Shown here: in pieces, positions 1-8,969 of the stretch
Layout of the letters: every line of letters starts with the position of its first letter
How positions within the stretch are numbered: position 1 is the stretch's first letter
Source: Nitrosopumilus sp.
GTDB taxonomy: Archaea > Thermoproteota > Nitrososphaeria > Nitrososphaerales > Nitrosopumilaceae
Direction: 5' to 3'
DNA: 64,000 nt
Assembly (NCBI GenBank): GCA_965224195.1
Contig: OZ245040.1
Span: 544,001 to 608,000, forward strand
Made by a program: the position numbers and the translations under genes
Notes under the pieces: model-generated
Seen by the model: only the letters and a program-made list of their open reading frames with translations
Databases searched by the model: none
What the model was told of the DNA's origin: nothing

Positions 1-19
1 GAAAACTTGAAGTGATGAG

Positions 20-514
20 GTGCGTTTAATGAAAGAAATAATGATAGAATGTAATAACTATTTTGGAGACATGTCAGAAGAAAGGTGTAGAACTATAGAA
101 AAATTTGTTGAAGAGAAAATTAAGGATCATTGTGAATTAAAAAAAGTGTCAGTGAAAGAAACACGAATTCAGGATAATCTTATTCAACCAACATTATCGA
201 TACGATATGAAACAGGAGAAGCACAACCTCTAATTGAGCTAATAGACCAATCATTAGTTGAGATTGGAATTACCGCAATCAAGACAGTTGTTTCAAAAAT
301 AGTATCAAGAGCAGTTGAAGGGGCACTAGTAGGTGGGGGTACAGGACTTGTAGCAGGAAAAGGAAGCAATCCAACAGCAGCCACATTGATTGGGGCCTTG
401 ATAGGAGGATGGATTGGCAGTACCATAGAGAAAAGAATTATTGAATATATTGCAACAAAGAATTCAGGAACTTGGCTTTTTGAGGAAATCAAGGTATCAG
501 GAGGCAAGAAATGA
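20..514 (+). CDS. hypothetical protein with glycine-zipper membrane segment
   Basis: GALVGGGTGLVAG...TLIGALIGGWIG GxxxG repeats; overlaps next ORF by ATGA. Confidence 0.6.
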   Translation: MRLMKEIMIECNNYFGDMSEERCRTIEKFVEEKIKDHCELKKVSVKETRIQDNLIQPTLSIRYETGEAQPLIELIDQSLVEIGITAIKTVVSKIVSRAVEGALVGGGTGLVAGKGSNPTAATLIGALIGGWIGSTIEKRIIEYIATKNSGTWLFEEIKVSGGKK

Positions 515-804
515 CATTTACAATAAAACAACTAGAAAATGACCCAGAATGGAAGCGCTCACTAGGCGAGAAAATAAACAAAGTCCATTTTCGTAAAGGA
601 GATCAGCATGCAGAATGTGATAGTACTACAGGCATTTGCAAAATACATGAGGACAAGACAGATCCTCACGAATCAATATCATCACTGCTAAAGCACATAG
701 CTGAAAGCGATGGAGGCAAAGTTGTGTTAGGAGTAGTTGTTGCAGGAATACTAGATCAGGTGTTTACTGGTGGGACAATACGAAAGTCACTTTTGAAAAT
801 CTAA
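511..804 (+). CDS. small hypothetical protein with C-terminal hydrophobic helix
   Basis: ATGA overlap with upstream ORF; HEDKTDP...H motif; hydrophobic VVLGVVVAGIL. Confidence 0.6.
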   Translation: MTFTIKQLENDPEWKRSLGEKINKVHFRKGDQHAECDSTTGICKIHEDKTDPHESISSLLKHIAESDGGKVVLGVVVAGILDQVFTGGTIRKSLLKI

Positions 805-893
805 GACTATTTTGATTGGAAGAAGAAAATTAGAGAAGGAAAACAAATTGTTCTAAAAAATAAAATGATGGCAGTGTTGTTTTCAAGGACATG

Positions 894-1651
894 TTAGTAA
901 CTTCCGGCTAGACTTATTCCTTTACAATTCTTAAAATTTTCTCGCTCTTCTGATGTAACATCATCAAAAATGCCAATTTTGCCTTTTACTACTTTAAATT
1001 CTCCTTTATCTTCTATCCATGTATCCAGTATTATTCCTATTAATTTTCCATGGTGTCCCAATAATACAGGCATTCTCTTTGATTCCGTGCAATCTGATTC
1101 AAGTCATTTTCAGTAAGTACAATTTTTTTACCATCTTTTTCAAATGGTTGTGTTCCAGTAATAGTTACAGTGATTTCTTCATTAGTGGGTTTGTTAACCA
1201 ACATCTCCCAAAAATCTTTTTCTGTACTGTAATAGAAGTATTCTTTGTCATTTCTTAATGTATTTTGTTTGATAATATCTTTCATAGAATCTAAAGATTT
1301 TACAATTGTTTGTTCGTCAGTACTTGTTAATTCAAATACAAGACTGGTGTTTTGATTATGAAAACTTAATGCTAAATGCGGGTAATTTTTTTTAGACATT
1401 TTTTCAGCTAATTTTTTAGAAAATGTATCAAAAACTTTAGAGAGTAAAAAATTCACAACAGAATCAATCAATGGTCCTCCTAAGAGGGTAAAAGAAGCGA
1501 ATAAAGCAGGATCACCAGATTCCGCGGCCCATCTTGCATATTGTTTTTCTTTCACATCAAATTCAGTGTTAAGAATAGATTCTATTTCTAATTGATCTTC
1601 TTTATTCCAATATTCTGTAGCTATTTCTGCTGAAAAATTTATCCCATCCAT
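894..1651 (-). pseudogene. frameshifted gene whose C-terminus resembles an HK97-type prohead (maturation) protease fold
   Basis: ORF 1040-1651 continues after a -1 shift near 1085 as ESKRMPVLLGHHGKLIG...KGISLAGSY* ending at 894; His and GxS motifs spaced as in prohead proteases. Confidence 0.45.
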
Positions 1652-1771
1652 ACCATTATTAATTTACGTCCCAATTAAAATTTAGGTGACTTTTCCAAAT
1701 TATTAGATTTTTTCCCACTCATTATTTCATAAAATAAGAACCATTTTATTTATTTGAATCATTGAAAACCT

Positions 1772-2308
1772 ATGACACAATCTGATTTTTTATTAGAACT
1801 AAAAGATCAGTTTGAAAGATACATCCATCTAAAAGAACGATTAGATAATAAAGCAAACAACATGATTGCTATGTCTGGCACTATTGCAGTAATCTTTATG
1901 GGTTTTGGAGCATTCCTTTTTTCAGATATAATATTTACTAAAAATTATTTTTTACCAATAATCACCATTTTGGTTTTTATGTCTGAAGTAATACTGACAT
2001 TTTTTACAATAAAATTTGCTCTGGATTCATACAAATTAAGAACGTATAATCACCCTATTTCATTTAAAGCATTTTATGAAAAAGATTCTTTGGAAGAATC
2101 GGTTGTGCAGCAATTTAGAGATGCAGACAGTTCAGAAATAAATGAACATTTTATAAAAGAATATTTGGAATCAATTAAAAGCTATGAAGAACAAAACGAT
2201 CATCAAACACGTGGCATAAATAAAGCACAAATTTGCTTTGTGGGTTCGATCGTGATGATCTCTGTCTTTGCTTTTTTCATCATTTTATCAAAATTCTTTT
2301 CAACATGA
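1772..2308 (+). CDS. 3-TM membrane protein, Pycsar-effector (DUF5706)-like
   Basis: RLDNKANNMI helix, two TM segments, soluble loop, then a C-terminal TM preceded by N..K/Q; pattern recognition only. Confidence 0.5.
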   Translation: MTQSDFLLELKDQFERYIHLKERLDNKANNMIAMSGTIAVIFMGFGAFLFSDIIFTKNYFLPIITILVFMSEVILTFFTIKFALDSYKLRTYNHPISFKAFYEKDSLEESVVQQFRDADSSEINEHFIKEYLESIKSYEEQNDHQTRGINKAQICFVGSIVMISVFAFFIILSKFFST

Positions 2309-2353
2309 CCTAGACTTTATTTACTTTAGAATCGTATTAAATTTGATAATTAA

Positions 2354-2473
2354 TTGACAGAAGATAGTTCAAAAAAGAAACCACTTCCTACAACTGGTGC
2401 AACGATAAAAGAATCATCATTGAGAGCAGCAGGAGATGGAAAAAAAGATGAAAAACCTAAAAAATCATCTTAA
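2354..2473 (+). CDS. possible 39-aa charged peptide
   Basis: TTG start, MTEDSSKKKPLPTTGATIKESSLRAAGDGKKDEKPKKSS*; below ORF-track cutoff. Confidence 0.35.
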   Translation: MTEDSSKKKPLPTTGATIKESSLRAAGDGKKDEKPKKSS

Positions 2474-2524
2474 TTATTTTTTATTTTTTCTAAAGTTTTT
2501 GAGATGTTAGGCTGAACGTCTTTG

Positions 2525-2692
2525 CTAATCTTCTCTTTCTAAACTCTTACAATTACATGGAATTCCATTGGATGTTTTACCATGACACTTGTGTTTTAAT
2601 TCTGAACCATTTTCAATTTCTTCAGATTTTATATGGTCATGTAATTCATGACCACATTTACAAATGTATGGAGTAGAATTATCCTCAATCAT
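2525..2692 (-). CDS. 55-aa Cys/His zinc-binding microprotein
   Basis: manual translation MIEDNSTPYICKCGHELHDH...KCHG...PCNCKSLERED; CxCGHx4H...C...CxC. Confidence 0.6.
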   Translation of the reverse strand: MIEDNSTPYICKCGHELHDHIKSEEIENGSELKHKCHGKTSNGIPCNCKSLERED

Positions 2693-2761
2693 ACCATCAA
2701 ACAAGATGTATATAGTAAATTAAGATTTTTTATTCTTTGTTAGACTCTTATTTTAATTTCT

Positions 2762-4030
2762 CTAAATCAAACAAATTAGAATAATCTTTTTTTCTAATGC
2801 ATCTACATATTCACTTAGTTGATCTTTTAATTTTCCAAATTCAGTATACATTTTTTCCATTGATATTCGTATCTTTTCTGAATCATCAAAATTATTTTTG
2901 AAATAAAGTATTGGTGTTTGTAATGTGTTCCATGCATTTCTATATTGGGTTTCAATTTCAGGCGTAAAAATTTCCAATATATCGTCATATTCTACATCCA
3001 TTTCTAAAAATTGTTTTTGAGCTTTTTCATAATAGCCTGTTTGAAACTTTTTTCGATCATCATCAGAATACATCTGATCTTTAATGTCTCTGAATTTTTG
3101 TTGAGTCAATATGCCCCCAAGTTCATAGTCAATTTGTCGTAAACCAAATAAAATCATTTTTGAGTATTTTTTACGTTTATGTTCACGCGTTTTGATTTGC
3201 TCGTTATTTATTTTCTGTTGTTGATTGGATATTTTGTGTATATTTCTAATAACTCCTGATAATCTATTTTGTTGATCATATGAAAAAATAAAAATAATAA
3301 TTGTTATGGTTACCCCAATTCCAACTTGAAACATTGTAAAAAGCAGATCAGGTAATTTCTCATAATTCATATTAAATGTACGTAAATCAAATTCCATATA
3401 CCTTGCATCTACATCAATTCCTTCAAGAATCACATCCCGTCTATTTTTTTCACTGTTTATAAAATCAGTATAAACAAAATTTTTTGCATAAACACATTCA
3501 TCATCACAATCAAATTTTTTTGAATCAAAGGACATCTTAAATTTTAAATCAGGAATTAAGACGCCCACAGTTTGATCTTTACCAAATAGATGAACGGTAA
3601 ATTCACTATTTGGTATTATCTCAGTATTAAACTTACAGGTTTTGGTCAATTCCACATAATCAACTTCACTGTATTCAGAAAATTTTACAGGTTTCCCATC
3701 ATGCCAAGTTAATCCTTGTCCTCTATTATCACTTAATTCCAAATGTAGGTCATCACTGCAATTATTATCGCTGTTTTGAAATCCTTTTGAATTCGAATCT
3801 AACCGTATACCATTACCTTCAACATAAAATTTACTGGTAAATTTCATTTTATTTTCAATAAAATTTAGATCAATTGTGGCCGAATCAATTTTTGTTACAT
3901 TTCCCATATAATATATTGAAAGCCCTAATTCTTCTTCTTGTACGCGTATATCCTCAAAGTAAAGATAAAATAAAAACAAGGATACTAGGATCACTATAGA
4001 TATTATTGATACAATTATTGTTTTGGTCAA
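2762..4030 (-). CDS. hypothetical membrane protein (N-terminal anchor, extracellular domain, TM, cytoplasmic helical domain)
   Basis: 422-aa ORF with two hydrophobic segments. Confidence 0.6.
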   Translation of the reverse strand: MTKTIIVSIISIVILVSLFLFYLYFEDIRVQEEELGLSIYYMGNVTKIDSATIDLNFIENKMKFTSKFYVEGNGIRLDSNSKGFQNSDNNCSDDLHLELSDNRGQGLTWHDGKPVKFSEYSEVDYVELTKTCKFNTEIIPNSEFTVHLFGKDQTVGVLIPDLKFKMSFDSKKFDCDDECVYAKNFVYTDFINSEKNRRDVILEGIDVDARYMEFDLRTFNMNYEKLPDLLFTMFQVGIGVTITIIIFIFSYDQQNRLSGVIRNIHKISNQQQKINNEQIKTREHKRKKYSKMILFGLRQIDYELGGILTQQKFRDIKDQMYSDDDRKKFQTGYYEKAQKQFLEMDVEYDDILEIFTPEIETQYRNAWNTLQTPILYFKNNFDDSEKIRISMEKMYTEFGKLKDQLSEYVDALEKKIILICLI

Positions 4031-4224
4031 ATCTAGTTTATCTGAAACAAATTCAAAATCAGCCTCAAGGGTATTTTCTTAATTTTCACTCATGTTGAAA
4101 TTATGAATATCGTATTTTTTACTCTTTGTAGAAACGCAGTTTTTCCAGTTAAAATCAAAGAGATTTAGTGCAAAATATGTCTCCTAAATTTTAAGAAATT
4201 GGCGGAGTTAATGCAAAATCTAAA

Positions 4225-4509
4225 TTAAAAAATGTAAACATAACTGGCTGATCCCCCTCCACCTGTATCTCCTTTCATGCCTTTATCTAGAAAATATTCT
4301 TCAATGTCTCGTCCATCTTTTTCGCTATTTGTAGACCAATCCTTCCAATGTTGGACATCTTTACCATCACTATCATGTTGATCTTTTCGAACTTTGGGGG
4401 TATCTGAAATGCCTGCAGTCCATATGGAATAATCTACTTTTTCTGAGTCGTTTACTCTACTTTCAATTTCAGAAATTATTTGAGATTTATCCATAATTAT
4501 CGTGATCAT
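4225..4509 (-). CDS. small GIY-YIG-like hypothetical protein
   Basis: WTAGISDTPKVRKDQH...RDIEEYF resembles the YVGxTxxxxxRxxxH...E core. Confidence 0.45.
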   Translation of the reverse strand: MITIIMDKSQIISEIESRVNDSEKVDYSIWTAGISDTPKVRKDQHDSDGKDVQHWKDWSTNSEKDGRDIEEYFLDKGMKGDTGGGGSASYVYIF

Positions 4510-4658
4510 GACCTTTACTTAGGAAAATCATTTTCACATATTTTTCATTCAAATTAGTGCAAAATCTATGCGGCTAACTATATCCCCCCCCATTGCAGCA
4601 TGCTCCCAGTTGAATTTGAACCAAAAGGAGTTAATTTGATAAATTTAATATAGCATTA

Positions 4659-5876
4659 TCAAAAAACAATTTTTTCAACCCTTTTTGCAACATCCTGTAA
4701 ATTTTTCTCAGATGTTTTTGAATACCAATTCTTTACAACATCAAAACTGCGCCATCCAAAGGAATCAGCAATTTCTTCATTTGTCAATCCTGAATCTTTT
4801 AGTTGTTGGACTAGAGTATGCCTAAGCATATGGTCAGGTCTCTTCATTATGTATTCTCTAGTTTGTGGGGTTACTAGATGTGAAATTTTAGAATGGTAGT
4901 GTTTTAGATTTTTTGACATTTATTTTTGAATCTTAAATGATTCATGTTTGTTTGAAGTAACTGAATTTTTGTCTGTAAACCAAAGATACAGTGAATCAGG
5001 AGAGACAATACGCCACTGAAGAAGGATCTTTCTCAGATCTTCTGGAAGATACTTTAGTTTCCATTCTCCGTCTTCTCCGAGATGAATATGACCTCGAGGA
5101 TCTTTGGTTTCGTGTTGTTCTAGTTTGAAGAGTTTTGCATCAAAATAGATCCCATCCCAAATCATTGTAGATATTGCACTGCTTCTTGCTCCTGTACACA
5201 ATGCAATTCTCCACCAGACATATAGTGCAAAGTTTCCATCAGATAAAATTAGATCACTGATCTTTCTTGTTACATCTGAAGTGAAATGAACTCCGGCATA
5301 CGGGGCATAACGGTCATGGGACGATGACAGACCATATATTTTTCCCATTCTATTTGCAAAAAAGATATTGTGTGCAGCAAGTAAATTCTTGAAAGTCACC
5401 CTATAACACTGAGTTCCTTTTGATGGAGAATGCCGTCTAAAATCAGCGGCAAAAGAAATCCAGAACTTTATTGCATTGTCCTTTGAATCTAGAACATTTG
5501 ATGGGTTCTCAAACATGAAATTAAAAATAAATTTTGCATAAGAAATGTATCTGGAAATTGTTTTGAATTTTAGGCCTCGTGCAAGGCAACCATCAATCCA
5601 TTGTTTTATCTCGGGGATCTGGACAAAACTGTCTCGAGTTATGGTGTTAAAGTGATATTTTTGGATTTGGTCTTGTGATTTGTCTAGTCTTTTCGAATCA
5701 GTCAGATGAATCATTTTCATCTTTGACATTTCTACAAGATATCGTCGTGTTTGTCTCTCTGTTCTGTTAATTGATTCTGCAATATCTTTTGTTCTAATTG
5801 TTCCATCTTGAATCATATCTTTAATTTGAAACATCAATTCTATCCTGTCATCTTTGAGTGAGAGTCTTTTTTTCAT
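4659..5876 (-). pseudogene. tyrosine recombinase/integrase with N-terminal HTH, split by one in-frame stop
   Basis: TGAR (catalytic Arg) in 4920-5876; HMLRH, FGW and WY in 4659-4919; the two ORFs are in the same frame and separated only by TAA at 4920-4922. Confidence 0.8.
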
Positions 5877-5878
5877 TA

Positions 5879-6231
5879 TGAACTCTCCAAACGTTTTAAA
5901 CAGTTCAAAAATTCAAAAGTTAACGTAAAACAAAAAAACAAGACACTCCTTTTCACGCGTGAAATAAACTGGTAATTTGTGAGTGAATTTGTTAAATGAA
6001 CTACTTTGAACTCGTTTTAAACACATATGAACTGATTTTGCACGCACAGAGAAAATTTTGAACAGATTTTCGTGCGTGCAAATGAACTGTTCAAAAAAAA
6101 GTTCAGAAATATTTTGAACAAGTGAACTGATGAACTGATAAGCTGTTTTACTCGTGCAAGACAGTTCAAACAATTATGTCCGACATTATGTCCGGTTGGA
6201 GGGGTTGATTTAGGAGTATTATGTCCGGTTG
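5879..6231. repeat. repeat-dense intergenic region between integrase and alaS
   Basis: about 13 TGAAC/GTTCA pentamers; palindrome TTTCACGCGTGAAA 5951-5964; inverted repeat TTTGCACGCAC/GTGCGTGCAAA 6037-6082; ATTATGTCCG at 6173, 6185, 6218. Confidence 0.7.
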
Positions 6232-6295
6232 TACAAGAATATTTAATGTATCATTAATCGACAATTCTTAATATTGGATTAGAGCAGGCTCATCG

Positions 6296-8965
6296 TTGGA
6301 TAAAAAAGAGATTCTAAAAGAATTTTCAGCAGATCCTGAAAAATACTATAATGTCAAATTATTCCAAGAACAAGGATTTGTTAGAAAAGCATGTACCAAA
6401 TGTGGTAGATTCTTTTGGACTCTAAATGCTGATAGAAATTTGTGTCCAGATGATGGATTGGATACCTATTCGTTCATTGGTGAGCCCCCAACTAATAAGA
6501 GATTTGATTATACTCAAGCATGGAAAGAAGTTGAAGAGTTTTTTGTAAAAAATAATCACACGTCAATTTCTAGATATCCAGTAGTTTGTAGATGGCGAGA
6601 TGACTTGTTTTTTACAGTTGCATCAATTGTTGATTTTCAAAGAGTGATGGGAAGTAAAGTAGTCTTTGAGTTTCCCGCAAATCCTCTAGTAGTTCCACAA
6701 ACTTGTTTGCGTTTCAAAGATTTAGAAAACGTTGGAGTAACTGGAAGACACTTTTCAAGTTTCTGCATGATTGGACAACACAGTGTTCCAGATTTAGGCG
6801 GATATTGGAAAGACGAGTGTGTTGATTTGGATTTTAGATTGTTAACTAATCAATTTGGAATTAAAAAAGAAGAAGTTGTATTTGTAGAAGATGTTTGGGA
6901 AGGTAGTGGCTCTTTTGGTCCATCACTAGAATATTTTGTCAGAGGATTGGAATTAGGAAATGCAGTATTTACTGAATTCCAAGGGGAATTAGGACAACAT
7001 ACTACACTTGATCAGCGAGTAATTGACATGGGTGCAGGGTTGGAGAGATTTGCATGGATTACCAATGGAACACCTACTGCATATGACTGCTGTTTTGGTC
7101 CTGTTAATGAAAAATTATTTGAAAAGATTGGAATTGATTCTGATTCTGATGTTTTAAAAAAATACTTTACAGAAATTGCAAAAGAGATTGATCATTTCGA
7201 TGATCTGAATGAAGTAAGACATCTTGCAGTGAAAAATGCCGGAATTACAGAGGATCAACTAAACAAAATGATCACACCGCTTGAAGGAATCTATCTAATT
7301 GCAGACCATTTACGAACTCTAATCTTTGCAATTACAGATGGCGCATTACCAAGTAATGTTGGTGGAGGGTATAATCTTAGAATGATGTTACGAAGAATTA
7401 ATGGAACGATTAACAGATTAAATCTAAAATTAGACATTGATGATTTGATTGATACTCATATTGACTATCTCAAAGATACCTATCCAAAACTTGATGAGAA
7501 AAGAGAAGATGTCAAAATAATTCTCAAGCTAGAATCTGCAAGATATGAAGATTCCAAAGTCCACATGAAGAAAAAGGCAGAAAAGATTCGTGAAAAAGGA
7601 GTGCCATCAGTGGATGAATTGATTACTCTATACGAATCAGATGGTATTACACCTGAATATCTCAAAGAAGTTGATGCGATTTCTGAAATCCCATCACAAT
7701 TTTACTCTAAACTATCTGATTTGCACCAGTCTGAAAAGAAAAAGGCAATCACGGAACTTCCACTAGAAGAGTTACCTGAAACTGAGACTCTATTTTACAA
7801 AGACGACCCAATGGAGTTTGAGGCCAAAGTAATCAAGGTCTTTGATGATCAAGTCGTACTAGATAAAACTTCATTTTATGCAAGAGGTGGAGGACAAGAA
7901 CCAGACTTAGGAACCATTGCAGGATTTAATGTGGTTAATGCAGATAAACATGCAAACATTATTGTTCACAATCTAGAAGGCGGGGTTCCAAAAGAAGGCG
8001 ATACTGTATCTTGTAAGGTAGATGAAATACGTCGTGCAAACATTACAAAAAACCACACCAGTACTCACATCATCAATGCATCATCAAGAGGAGTGTTAGG
8101 TTCTTGGATTTGGCAACACTCTGCGTTTAAAGACCATGATCATGCCAGACTAGACATTACACACCATTCATCATTAACTGATGAACAAGTAAAACAGATT
8201 GAAGATGCAGCTAATCAAATGGTAAAAGAGGATTATCCAGTAAACATTGATTATTACGATAGAGGAACTGCAGAACAAAAGTATGGTTTTAGAATTTATC
8301 AGGGCGGCGTAGTTCCAGTAAAGTCAGTTAGAATTGTATCAATTGAGAATAAAGATATTGAAGCATGTGGGGGTACACATGTAAAGAAGACGGGAGATAT
8401 TGAGTTAATCAAAATTACAAAGACTAAACGAATTCAAGACGGAGTAGTTCGTATAGAATTTGTCTCAGGACCAACAGCTTTTCAATATGTAAAAGACCAA
8501 GAAGAAAAATCAAAGAAACAGGTTGTAGATGATATTGCTAAAGAAAAATTAGATAAACAACGCGAAGAAAATAAAGATAAAGCAAGAAAGCAGATTCCTA
8601 TTTTGCTAGAAAAGATTCTTGGTGGCCAATCAGGAGAACTAGATGAGATTACAATTAAAAATAAAATCTGCTTTACTTCCAGTCCAAACTATGATGATTA
8701 TTTCCATCAAAACTTTGGTAAGAAATTAGTTGCCAAAGATGGTACAGCTGCATTTTGTGGAATTTTTGAAGCAGGACCAACTGTTAGAATTATGGTGTAT
8801 GCCGGAGTAAATTCAGGCGTAAATGCGGGTGAAATAGCCAAGGAAATAGCCTCAATTTTAGGCGGTTCTGGTGGCGGTGATGCTAAATTTGCTCAAGGGG
8901 GAGGAAAGGACACATCTAAAAAAGAGCAGGCAATAATCAAAGCAAAATCAATGATTTTAGGATGA
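6296..8965 (+). CDS. alaS: alanine--tRNA ligase
   Basis: archaeal N-terminal Zn ribbon, VGVTGRH, IDMGAGLER, HTSTH and ACGGTH editing motifs, GGSGGG...AQGGG C-terminus. Confidence 0.97.
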   Translation: MDKKEILKEFSADPEKYYNVKLFQEQGFVRKACTKCGRFFWTLNADRNLCPDDGLDTYSFIGEPPTNKRFDYTQAWKEVEEFFVKNNHTSISRYPVVCRWRDDLFFTVASIVDFQRVMGSKVVFEFPANPLVVPQTCLRFKDLENVGVTGRHFSSFCMIGQHSVPDLGGYWKDECVDLDFRLLTNQFGIKKEEVVFVEDVWEGSGSFGPSLEYFVRGLELGNAVFTEFQGELGQHTTLDQRVIDMGAGLERFAWITNGTPTAYDCCFGPVNEKLFEKIGIDSDSDVLKKYFTEIAKEIDHFDDLNEVRHLAVKNAGITEDQLNKMITPLEGIYLIADHLRTLIFAITDGALPSNVGGGYNLRMMLRRINGTINRLNLKLDIDDLIDTHIDYLKDTYPKLDEKREDVKIILKLESARYEDSKVHMKKKAEKIREKGVPSVDELITLYESDGITPEYLKEVDAISEIPSQFYSKLSDLHQSEKKKAITELPLEELPETETLFYKDDPMEFEAKVIKVFDDQVVLDKTSFYARGGGQEPDLGTIAGFNVVNADKHANIIVHNLEGGVPKEGDTVSCKVDEIRRANITKNHTSTHIINASSRGVLGSWIWQHSAFKDHDHARLDITHHSSLTDEQVKQIEDAANQMVKEDYPVNIDYYDRGTAEQKYGFRIYQGGVVPVKSVRIVSIENKDIEACGGTHVKKTGDIELIKITKTKRIQDGVVRIEFVSGPTAFQYVKDQEEKSKKQVVDDIAKEKLDKQREENKDKARKQIPILLEKILGGQSGELDEITIKNKICFTSSPNYDDYFHQNFGKKLVAKDGTAAFCGIFEAGPTVRIMVYAGVNSGVNAGEIAKEIASILGGSGGGDAKFAQGGGKDTSKKEQAIIKAKSMILG

Positions 8966-8969
8966 TATT

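Noticed and set aside
1-5876. Integron with cassette array
   Set aside because: ORFs have mixed orientations and no paired RYYYAAC...GTTRRRY attC sites were found; GTTAGGC at 2506 has no partner.
5913-6173. 86-aa ORF in the repeat region
   Set aside because: No protein-like features; better explained as non-coding repeats.
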